NCBI GenBank assembly: GCA_032718475.1
Contig: JAUCBJ010007289.1
Location: 310,001 to 374,000, forward strand
Reading direction: 5' to 3'
DNA: 64,000 bases
Source: Nemertoderma westbladi
Taxonomy: Eukaryota; Animalia; Xenacoelomorpha
Of the stretch, positions 43,301 to 52,742 are shown in pieces (within the stretch, counting starts at the first letter, position 1; every line of letters begins with the position of its first letter). The position numbers and the translations under genes are program-made. The notes beneath the pieces are model-generated. The model searched no databases, was not told the origin of the DNA, and saw only the letters and a program-made list of their open reading frames with translations.

Positions 43301-44618
43301 GAGGGAATTTAGAGGTAACTTCAGGGAGCACAGGTGTGTCTATCACCGAAGGGGTGATTTCGAGAACAGGCCTAATTATTTCAGTCTCATCTACTATAGT
43401 AGGGAGTCTTTCTATTTTAATTATTTGGTCTGTGGGTTCTGTACTGCCTAAGTTGGTGCTATTTAGTTGCCTTCTAACAGCTGGAGGCAAATCAGGCAAT
43501 TTCTGATGGTGGAATGTTCTTTTACGTCTGCTTAGACGAGATCTATTTCCTTTGCCTTCAGTATCGGTGGTATCGCCTTCCTCAGATGATGTATATCCCT
43601 GTCTTTTGGGAGTAGATCGATTCATCATCTGCATATTACTAGCTGTTAACTGTTTATTTATGCAGTCTTGATTCTCCTGAATGTTTTCCAATTCTAATTG
43701 AGTGGTTTCTTCAGTCGCTCTCCGTTCGGCTTCTGCCACTGCCTCCGCCGCTTTTGCCTCTGCCGCTGCCTCTGCCGCTGCCGCTTTTCTTTCTGCTTCT
43801 GCAGCTGCCACTGCCGCTGCTACTGTCGCTTTTGCCTCTGCCCATGCCTCTGCCGCTGCCGCTTTTACCTCTGCCGCTGCCTCTGCCGCTGCCGCTTTTC
43901 TTTCTACTTCTGCAGCTGCCACTGCTGCTGCTACTGCCGCTGCCTTTCGGTCTTCTATACGTTTTTTCTTTACCTTTTCTTCTTGGTCTCTAGCGATGCG
44001 GAGTTGTTCATCGAATTTAGCTTGATTCGCCGCTAACATTTCCGCATCGATTGCGTCCAGCACAAGCTTGGTTCCTTCACTATTAGGGCTAAGACCATCT
44101 AACCTTCTCCTCAACTCGTCATCCCCTAAAAAACGTTGATAGTCTGACAGATAGATGTCAATGGCATCTCTCTTTTGCGGCCCCTCCGCTGTCCCTTCGC
44201 TTTCTTCTTGAGAAGAAGTGGTGTCGGCTGATTCTTCATAGGTTGGCCGCTCATCATAAACCTTATCCACCATCTTCGCTCCGCGTTCGGGCGTCCGCTC
44301 AACAGTATCCGAACTACTGGAGCTGTCGGACCGCTGAGAAATAAGTTCTTGACTCGCGGGTTGTTGCTGTTCCGCTGCTTCTTGGTCTCGCTTGACCTGA
44401 GCTCGAGTGCCTATGATAGACCTACGATGTTGGACCAGCCTCGGTTCTGTTATTACTACTGTAGGGATGACCATGCTTACAGTAGGAGGGGACTTGGACT
44501 TTGGTCTTAGACGCTCTATACTCTTAGCTGAGTCCCAGATCTTTTTAAGACCCTGTCTAACACTCATTCTAGCACTTTCTAAGAGACTATCTGACAGTGA
44601 TTGGGTTGTGTCAGACAT
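40353..44618 (-). CDS. gag: Element 2 single open ORF (1421 aa): gag-PR fused in frame to pol remnants
   Basis: Gag, knuckles and ALLDSGS are intact. The junction HSSDNDN|LSSNVDQWRYCP removes RT-RH, the junction HYSRTK|RKPGIVF removes IN, and the C-terminal HPVGRLCL is kept. Confidence 0.9.
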   Translation of the reverse strand: MSDTTQSLSDSLLESARMSVRQGLKKIWDSAKSIERLRPKSKSPPTVSMVIPTVVITEPRLVQHRRSIIGTRAQVKRDQEAAEQQQPASQELISQRSDSSSSSDTVERTPERGAKMVDKVYDERPTYEESADTTSSQEESEGTAEGPQKRDAIDIYLSDYQRFLGDDELRRRLDGLSPNSEGTKLVLDAIDAEMLAANQAKFDEQLRIARDQEEKVKKKRIEDRKAAAVAAAVAAAEVERKAAAAEAAAEVKAAAAEAWAEAKATVAAAVAAAEAERKAAAAEAAAEAKAAEAVAEAERRATEETTQLELENIQENQDCINKQLTASNMQMMNRSTPKRQGYTSSEEGDTTDTEGKGNRSRLSRRKRTFHHQKLPDLPPAVRRQLNSTNLGSTEPTDQIIKIERLPTIVDETEIIRPVLEITPSVIDTPVLPEVTSKFPLHSTVRESRLELQEVQQNIALEHDKLVNLQKGIPPPLVTMCHPVRSEVSHAQGVEPTRIYTASEVETPIVNPIKGNYKPVDNDIPYRPDHNPRNLYTDNSILNNTMAQESFTRQMARTEARQAVKVGEIVKFNGDEMKWLPFNEYYKDNIQNSVLSNGEKLRFLIECLEGSPKSMALKFIGHPDGLRQVWDTLNIRYGNRTNIARYLYAKLMAPRKFLSSGIIEFSDEIQEICRQLDWLGKSHEYQNSMVVGALASTLPKGGVGTRWDKKVLYMMEQQRRDPTMTDLMSFLDREVKLQLLRQSREKTLENKVSEKPVSRRRVTPVCYTDDGESQTSQGEDSGKDTDRSYYVNKMPKDQVSKSKSRPNDRREPVQKTLPTSPKRIQVRKPEERTSVHHIAQVKVSNIKPKCVLCDGPHRLNACDKFLKKSLKDRREVMWDKRLCYNCLRRGHQRRTCYSDARCAKCGAKHHILLHTEFERNSPSQVSESELHVQFSDVNDTDQSEMEGFYTDEFSDENESCYLINTTAVYRALMYEKDTDSDLTLTTSDQQPSWKAPTFNIGIREFPVVQLRVHGPQKSYIVNALLDSGSTGTFIDKELAEVIFAGQPKFRTKLNMSGIMQVWKSTVTADYYVGALSTPQDELGEHSIRSVKMVAIKNFATTQADLYNWDEDESIQHLNIPRFQTDYPGVQILIGQNAHEALETLEKRPAQPQPLQTYAVRTRVGWYLTGPSRRTLRERLLQDRVCQVSEWEDDTSEGDDPTEGTPHSSDNDNLSSNVDQWRYCPNKFNPTDIASRGATPQELTDPTDRLGEPDFLSKEDEWPPHLTPTEIRPAKGAEKVKPKTRTGGSELFEPGIDLSVLHVARDDAVDLGLPTASGSFMKIRESDWSSGTSDVSQGLSPLLQRATDHYSSWNRLCDAVIYFERCFYRHYSRTKRKPGIVFRMQRLNHPVGRLCLSEGNGGLRKLWKARFSSHDHLPNPSNI

Positions 44619-46873
44619 ATTTACTTGTACAGTTGAATGCCTACTGCTATGATTACAGCTAAAGCAAGTCTAGTAATTCAGTATCACTGTTAGCCTAGTA
44701 ATTAATTACCGATACTGCTACTCAGTGTAGCGTGATATATATATAATATATTAGAATACCGGTATGCTTATAGTATATATAACTATATAAGTATTATTAC
44801 AGACCAGGTTTATCACAGAATACCGGTATAATTTTAGCACAAATATATATAAATATATAATAGGCCTATCGGGAATACCGGTATACAGCTTACAGTTTGT
44901 AGTATATATAAGTATAATTCTGGACTAGAATTAATTACAAAGTACCGGTATAATTTCAGCCTAAATTTATAGAAATAAAGATAATAGGCCTATCGTAAAT
45001 ACCGGTATATCAATTATTTTAAATAATTGAATTTCTGAATTTTAGGGTTACTTGGTTACTTTACTTACTTTATTACCGTTATTTGAGCAGTAGTCCAACT
45101 GATATTGAGACCTAATTGTTGTATGGTAGGCCTACTATTTATAAATCGTTTGAGTTGATTTATAATATATATATACCCGTTTAATGGGTTTTGTCAATGT
45201 TGAAATAAATGTTATTATTTCTGGGGAGTAATCACTACACAAAGCGGTGCGCTTTCAGTGAAGTGTTACTTATAGGACACTAAAACAAATAATTCTAATT
45301 TACCTAAGTTACTTAATACTACAAATTACGTACGATTCGGGTTGAGATTACAATCTCTAAATAAACACAAAAATTTACAAAAAACACAAAATACGAATTT
45401 TCAGGGTAATTTTACAAGAAGTCTACAAACCAGCCTAACAAAGGGTTAGAAATCTGGTTATTACAACGGACAGGGTACTGCGGTATTTGAAAATAATAAG
45501 TAGTAGTAAATACACTGCGTTGTCCAGATAGGAAAATACCACCGCCTGACGACCTATAGCCGTATCGCTATAGGTTCTACGTTATGTATCACGGAGTGTT
45601 CCTACCTAGAAGCTAATAGAGCTAATCGAACGTGCCTATCAACCACTTTACAACACAAATATAATGCCTACACTAATTACTTCCGGAAAGCACTGTACAC
45701 TAAACCCTAAATTAGGTACGAGTACTTGTACAACAGATAATCAGTAGTTAAATATACTTGAACAGCTAAAAGAACCACGGCATCTGCTGGAGTGACCGGT
45801 GCACAAAATCACCAGTCTTTACCTACGCCAAGCAGCCCGTGTAGTACCGGGGTTAATTTAACTATAGCGGTATGTATAACAAACACAATTATTGTAGGAA
45901 CAAACTTGGGGAATGAATGTTGCGAATAATCGCATAAACTCTGAATAATAAATATTACGCTACGCGTACAAACTACTCAAACAAAATGCAGACCGAACAC
46001 TGACAGACTACTATCAAGCCTAAACAAACTACGGTATATGCAGACTCCGAAATAATTAGGTAGTATGCGTTCTAACCCAGTAGTACGACTTATTCTTTAG
46101 TTGGGGGTTTACCTTACAGCATTCGCTGCTCCTACTTCCTAACCGTTCTTTATCGGACAAGTGATCTACACACGCTGCAATCCGTTCAGACCCAATAACA
46201 GCCAGACAACTATCCAGCCTACAAATTATCTAAATAAAATTATACGCTACCCGTACAGACTTACACAAACAAAGTACAGACTAAACGATGGCAGACTACT
46301 CTCAAGCCTAAATAAACTACAGGACATGCAGACTCCGAAATAATTAGGTAGTATGCGTTCTAACCCAGTAGTATGACTTATTCTTTAATTGGGGGTTTAC
46401 CTTACAGCATTCGCTGCCCCTACTTCCTAACCGTTCTTTATCGGACAGGTGATCTACACACACTGCAATCCGTTCAGACTTAACAGCAATCAGACAACAG
46501 CTCAGCCTACAAATTGTCTGTACAATCTGATCAGGCTTACACGTCTTCTGTTCAATACTGGCCTACTAACAAATAAAACTGACAGAAATAGGCCTAAGTA
46601 AAATCCCAATAAAAACCAGGCGTCCCCGATTAATTATTAAGACCTACTGGTATAATAATCCAAATCGAATAATACTAATGTACTTATACGGGAAGTACCG
46701 GTTAGGACTGTTAGGCCTACGGACCTACAGAAGTACCGGTTCTGGCAGTTGGGCCTACGGGCCTACGGCAGTACCGGTTCTGGCAGTTGGGCCTACTGAC
46801 CTACAGATGTACCGTTCAGGTTTACCGGTTGACCGGTACTTTCAACTTTATTGCTTACTGCAATAAAGAAGCA

Positions 46874-46884
46874 ATATCCTTTAT
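46874..46884 (-). promoter_or_regulatory. Atypical primer-binding site of element 2 (ATAAAGGATAT), complementary to its own LTR
   Basis: Abuts the 5' LTR and is the exact complement of the LTR motif at 47608-47618 and 36728-36738. Confidence 0.7.
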
Positions 46885-48122
46885 TGTTCGCGCTTTCAGA
46901 CCTTTGGCAGTTTAACCCGCCAAATTAGGATGTCTTCTAGATAATAAATCGCTTTAGCCTCTAACAAGTATTTGATTCACTACACTAGTTGAAACCAATC
47001 TGTGCGCGATCATTCACCCGTTGGATATACCCGGGAGATTGATTTCGACAGCTTAATCTTATTGCTATGTAAGCCTAATGTATTATTCGACTGACAGTAT
47101 TATATAATCTCTGACAATATTATTCACCTTCGGGGAATATTAACAGTTCCTTTAGGACGTGGCGCTCTATCTATATAAACAGAGTTATGACTTAAACTAC
47201 TCACAACGATATGGCTCAGTTATAATTCACATATATGTCGCATTCTTTAGGAAATGCTTCTTTATCAGTTTCACTCATACACAATGCTGCACAATACTGC
47301 ACACTAATCTGCCGATCTTCACTGATTTTAGTCACAAATAAAAGGAACACAGACTGGCTCATGTAGGGTCTATCAAATAACATTAGATTCACTTCAAACC
47401 ACTTTAACATAAGTCACAATCGTTATATGTAACCCTTCTCTCTTACCTTCGGTATATCAAGAATATTGGGTTTTCGGGGTTATTTCTCGTTATTCCAATA
47501 TAATAATTCATCAACAAATATAATGAATAACCGACAGCAAAATCAGTAAAGTTAAGGTATAAATGATTTGGTATGGTATGCCGCATTTATGGATGTTATG
47601 CAGGTCGATAAAGGATATATGTCCTTATAATTAAGCCTACTAGTGTAAGGCTAAAGCAGAAAAGCACAAAATACTCTAAAGCCGTTCTTCCTGGCTTAGA
47701 ATCACTAACAACACTGATAAGAATAACTATAAGAATACCAGCTACCCTTATTCCACGAAGCTCCCGTCCAACACAGAGGATGAGCATTGAGATAGGAAAA
47801 TTCAGTTCAGTAGCTCTGTGATAGGTCAAAATCAAAGCCAACTCAAATCCTATTGGCAGATACAGAAAGCTGCAACGTGGCAATATCAGCCGTTAGCCGT
47901 CGTCATGGTAGCGACACTGTTTTCAAGAGTATCGAGCTTTTTACGTCATGAAATTGCAGATTATGTCCTCTAAAGTACAAATACAGTTCAAATACAGAAG
48001 AAATGACTTTTATGTCCTCTAAAACACCAGTACAGCAAGGACACGGCCTTTTTATGCCTGGCAAACCAACTACAGAGTACTTTAAGGGAAAATAACCGGT
48101 TAATGACGCAAAAGCTTTTACA
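46885..48122 (-). repeat. 5' LTR of element 2
   Basis: Nearly identical to 36005-37242. Confidence 0.95.
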
Positions 48123-48885
48123 CTCGTCTCTACTTCACCAGCAGTGCCCACTGAATCTTAATCTGCGTTCACGGAGGGTGGTTGATACAGGTGGTATGGT
48201 ATTGTACCATAAAGCTCGGCGTTTGTCATGTGTTGTCTCCAGCTGATGTTTAGGGCTGCCCTTAGTAGTCTTGTGTAGCAACCATCAATTCGTTGTTCAA
48301 GTGATTTAGTCAGTGTCCAGGTCTCACCCCCGTATAAAAACACACTTTCAACTGTGGCTCGAAAGAACTTAGTCTTCAGGTTCCTGGAGAGATCTGATTT
48401 CCAGAAGGTATCCATTTTTGATAGAGCTACCCAAGCCTTTGCTTTCCTAACTTCTATGTCCTTTTTGCTACTCTCTATCCATGATCCAAGGTACTGGAAG
48501 TCATCAACCTTCCTTAGTTGATTATTATCAATGGTTGTCAAGTTCCCATCAACATTAAAGGTCATGTATTCGGTCTTTGTAGCATTTATATGCAATCCAA
48601 CCTCCTTAGCAGCCCTCTCCACTTTATTTAGTAGAAGCTGTGCATCTGCTAGGGTATTAGAGAGCAGGGCGATTTCATCCGCAAAGTCGGTGTCTGTGAC
48701 TGTAGTTTCCGGATATCTACTACTTCTGCGTTCTTGAAGTGTGAATCCCAGATCTTCACCCTTTGTGGCCGTCCTCATTGCGTAATCCAGCACAATTACA
48801 AATAGTAATGGTGCTAATGTGTCACCTTGCAGTACGCCAGCCAGGATTGAGAAAAACTCAGTTTCACCATCTGGTGACACTGCGA
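48123..48885 (-). mobile_element. RTE-like LINE 2, 5'-truncated RT portion
   Basis: GVLQGDTLAPLLF, DTDFADEIALL, DFQYLGSWI and LYGGETWTL; frameshifted near 48200. Confidence 0.9.
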
Positions 48886-48937
48886 CATCTCTCTATCATT
48901 CGCATGAAAATCCTAATTTCCTATTCTATAACATTAA

Positions 48938-49958
48938 TAATAATAATTAAATGCTTGAGTTAATACAATTATTTTATTCTTTAATTGTCAAGCTGAAGTA
49001 AAAAACCTTACCGGTAGGTATGCCAGTACAGTACGATACAAATACTAAAATAAAAAAGCAACTGACCATTAGACGTTGCATGCAATCAGTAATCAGCTGA
49101 CGGCTGTCAGCTGATCAGTAGGTTTCGCCCCAATGGGGGCTTTCTCAAGTAGCTAGTGCTAGAAAGGAGACAATAGATAGAAGTTCCCAAGGGAGACGGG
49201 ACGGTAAAGTGAAACAAGGTAGAAGTGTATCCGTCTAACCACTGGGAAGCAGCACCTCAAACTTGCGCCAATCACGTTTCTGCTTGTTAATAGCTGGCTG
49301 GCGAGTGCGTATATAAAACATTTCTAGTTTTTGCAGGACAGGACGCAAAGGGTGCCGTGCAATAACCTTGAAGTGTTTGAACAACTCTCGCCAGTCAGTC
49401 AACCAACGTGTGTTGGGCTCCCCGCGGTGCGTCATGATATGGTTGTGAACTGTCTTGCCTTGTTCACTACCATCATTGGCCGACCCGTCTTGATGCTGTC
49501 TAACGCGTTCAAATAAGTGTTGGATGGTATGTCCAACATATTCCCCCTTACAAGAGGGACAAGCAAATGAATACACGACGTTAGAAGCCAGAATATCGGG
49601 AACCGGATGTTTCAATGATGGCAGTGATTGGCGCAGTTTGGCAGTTGTGTAAACAAACCGCACTGGCCGTGCGCAAGATCTCGGTACTAGACCACGTAGC
49701 CTACGAACGAAAAGTTCGGTAGCCCGACCGCGGTACGCAAACTTACAGATGATAGGCCTGGGATTATCTACGGGTGCTGTAACGGGTGCCCATTGGGGCG
49801 AAACCTACTGATCAGCTGACAGCCGTCAGCTGATTACTGATTGCATGCAACGTCTAATGGTCAGTTGCTTTTTTATTTTAGTATTTGTATCGTACTGTAC
49901 TGGCATACCTACCGGTAAGGTTTTTTACTTCAGCTTGACAATTAAAGAATAAAATAAT
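48938..49958 (-). mobile_element. 5'-truncated Penelope-like element with inverted pseudo-LTR
   Basis: GIY-YIG endonuclease C-terminus, perfect 170-bp inverted repeats (48968-49137 and 49789-49958), and TSD CTATAACATTAA (48926-48937 and 49959-49970). Confidence 0.85.
49235..49780 (-). CDS. PLE GIY-YIG endonuclease fragment
   Basis: NVVYSFACPSCKGEYVGHT..LFERVRQH..LEMFYIRTRQPAINKQ. Confidence 0.85.
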   Translation of the reverse strand, partial: TAPVDNPRPIICKFAYRGRATELFVRRLRGLVPRSCARPVRFVYTTAKLRQSLPSLKHPVPDILASNVVYSFACPSCKGEYVGHTIQHLFERVRQHQDGSANDGSEQGKTVHNHIMTHRGEPNTRWLTDWRELFKHFKVIARHPLRPVLQKLEMFYIRTRQPAINKQKRDWRKFEVLLPSG

Positions 49959-51125
49959 CTATAACATTAACCAGGAATTGCAGAATATGACGACTGCTTG
50001 GCAGATAATTGACTGTCCCTCAATCTCACGAAAAAATAATACATCCTTAACTAATCAATTCTTACAGAAATTTTACAAAATTAAAAATAATATAAATCAT
50101 AAAATAAAATTTCTGATGCTACTAAATTATTAGGGGTCTCCAAAGCTCTCCAAAACAATGGGAATATTTTACAAACTTAGAAACCTATTTTCCCCCAACA
50201 GTATATACTCCAGTCCCTGGCTTTAGACCCCGTAGGAATTTTGGGGTGGACGGGGTTTCTCACCGAATCCTAGTTGGACATACATATATGGGTGAAAAAA
50301 ACTTGGGTAGACTTTCTGGTTCCTGGGCGTAAGTTTTTTATAGCCATTTGTTTTGTGCGTCCGTGAGCTGTTCACAATTTCAAAAATTGTGGCGATTTGA
50401 GTATTTACTATGACAGTTTCCAACGTAACATAATAATACACTTTAAAAATTGTGGTGAAAGTGGTAAAACATACCAGCGAATTTTTGCGTTATACGCCAC
50501 ATAATATACAGTACCTGTTTTTTAATACATTGTGAAAAGATCCAATTATTTCATGTAATAATGTTACCTATACATATTTTCTATGCTGTGCAAGTAAATA
50601 CATTGTGTTCTAGAATACTAGCTACTAATTTATAGCTATTAATAAAATTTGTTACATCATTTTAAGTATTTATTTTTAACATCATTTTAAGTATTTATTT
50701 TAAACATAAATCATTAATTTAACATAAAAACAGAAAGCAAAAGTTCTTGGTCTCACCGATAATGTTCGTTAAATGGTATTTATGCTAATTATTTCTGTTA
50801 CTGCACATCTTTCGCTATATTTTTCAATAAGAAATATTACAGAATTGTTCTAGAACAATTTACAAACACATTATATTAAAGCAAATATATGTTATTAAAA
50901 AATCATTAAAAAATCATATGTGGCATATAATGCAAAAGTACCAGTAGCTAACAAAACTGTGTTAGCTACAGTTTCATATTGTTTGATACGGGTATATATA
51001 TTTTATACGTAAGAATGCCCTTCATATTTTATTTATAATGTAGAAAGAAGGTGTTAAAAGTACAGTACATATAATAAATAATATAATTATTTATCTTGTT
51101 GAACATCGAACAGTTTTTTTTTCAA

Positions 51126-51569
51126 ATGGGAGACAACAAGGAACTTGTTGGACTACAACTTTGCAGAACTACAACATTAATTCGAGATGGTTTTGGGACA
51201 TCAATTGTTTGTGATGCTTCACGGTGTGTTATCTGTCAACATGTTAGGTTAGGGGGTTCAGGGGACAATATCACAGTTACCGGAACAACCGAAGGTAGAA
51301 AGAAAATAATAGCAGCCGCACAAATCCGAAAAGATATCGTTTTGAAAAGGATAAATTATCTGGGATTAGACTCTGAGTTTGTATATCATTGCAACAATGA
51401 GTGTTACAAATTATACACATTAAAGAAAACACTTCTAAAAAAACAAAGAGAACCGGAAGTGATAGAGGAAACCAACGGAAAAGAAAATGAGTCTGTTCCA
51501 AGTCCAACTAAAAGGCTCAGGTCCGAAATCGCCTCACGTCACCAAGGGTCATTTCCTAAAGACGACCCC
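51126..51569 (+). mobile_element. N-terminal exon of a probable DNA-transposon protein (Academ-like?), interrupted by element 3
   Basis: The CVICQ..IIAAAQIRKD..YHCNNECYKLYT..KRLRS pattern recalls large invertebrate transposases; the frame runs into the LTR at 51570. The family assignment is tentative. Confidence 0.35.
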
Positions 51570-52103
51570 TGTGACGGGATCCAAGGGGGATCCCGGTTTA
51601 TCCGGTTTTAGTTCACGCGTCCCCGCCGTCTATAAAGAGTGAATAAGTTCGTGCTGTTTGTCGTATATAATATGATATGCAGGTATAGATATAGATATAG
51701 ATATATTGTCGTATACGGAAGGCGGGATACGGTAACTAAAGTCCCGGTCCTTCCCTATCTAAAACTATGTAACCTAATCTAGCACCGGTATTGCACTGAG
51801 ATAACTGAACTGATATGATTACAGGTTACTGGTTATATTGCACGGTGGCCTTATTGCTACTCAATCGATGCCTTTCCCCCCTCTGATTGGTTGATACCCT
51901 TGTTGGCGCCCTTTGGAGTGTTCCCGTTCACTCCACCTATTCTCTCTGGGTTAGGGGTTTGGCCCCTGACCCTCATTGTGTGCTTCTCCTTCCCATTCTC
52001 ATTGGGATGGCACAAGTTGGTTAATTACCCAATCTCGTGGCTCCCAATATTGCTTATCGGCTTATAACTTTATGGGGTGTTAGCGGGATTGAATAAGCTA
52101 ACA
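51570..52103 (-). repeat. Putative 3' LTR of element 3 (534 bp)
   Basis: TGT..ACA ends, and the G-rich PPT GGGGGGGAG immediately precedes it on the minus strand (52104-52112). The second LTR is not in the window. Confidence 0.7.
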
Positions 52104-52742
52104 CTCCCCCCCATGCTATCTTCCCGGTAAGAAGATAGCATCAACCAAAAAGTGCGCTACAATCCCTGAAGTGCTGCTACCCTGTGTGCCTGGCGTCTCA
52201 TGTCGGGCCGATCGCGCTCACCTCTCACGCAACTTTTGTTTCCCCAACACTTCCGCCCTATCTCTTCTTCACTCTCATCCTAACTCTCTCATACATTCGG
52301 ACCTCCTCGTCCCTTACTCAGTCTCTTATTCTCCCCCCCCCCCCACACTAGAATTGCGTCCGCACTCTCTCTGTACTTCGCACTATTACTCTGTCCCTCA
52401 ACCCTACTTCGACTGCCTCATCCCTTCAGACGAATCTCCCCCCCCCCCCCCCCTCTTGTGCCGTCGCACTCAAGAAGTGTGAAATTGTCTGGTGTCTCGT
52501 CCATAGTGCCATAGTCAGTTATCCCCCAGTCCCAGTAGCTAATTGAGAAAGGTTGTATGACTATAGTACTTACTCCCATCGTATATTCGTAGATTACTAA
52601 TTACTACGTACGTACATACAAATTGCACTTATATGATTATTTGCATTAATTAAATTTGTACTTAATAGTTCGTACGTCCCACGCGGCGCCTTCCAGGCGC
52701 ACCACGTCCCAGTCTCAGTCTCTATCCCTCGACTTTGGGAAC

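Larger units (their letters stand above)
36005..48122 (-). mobile_element. BEL/Pao element 2: non-autonomous deletion derivative (12.1 kb) related to element 1
   Basis: 1238-bp LTRs differing at about 2 positions; TSD CTCGT (36000-36004 and 48123-48127). It lacks RT, most of RNase H and the IN core. Confidence 0.95.
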
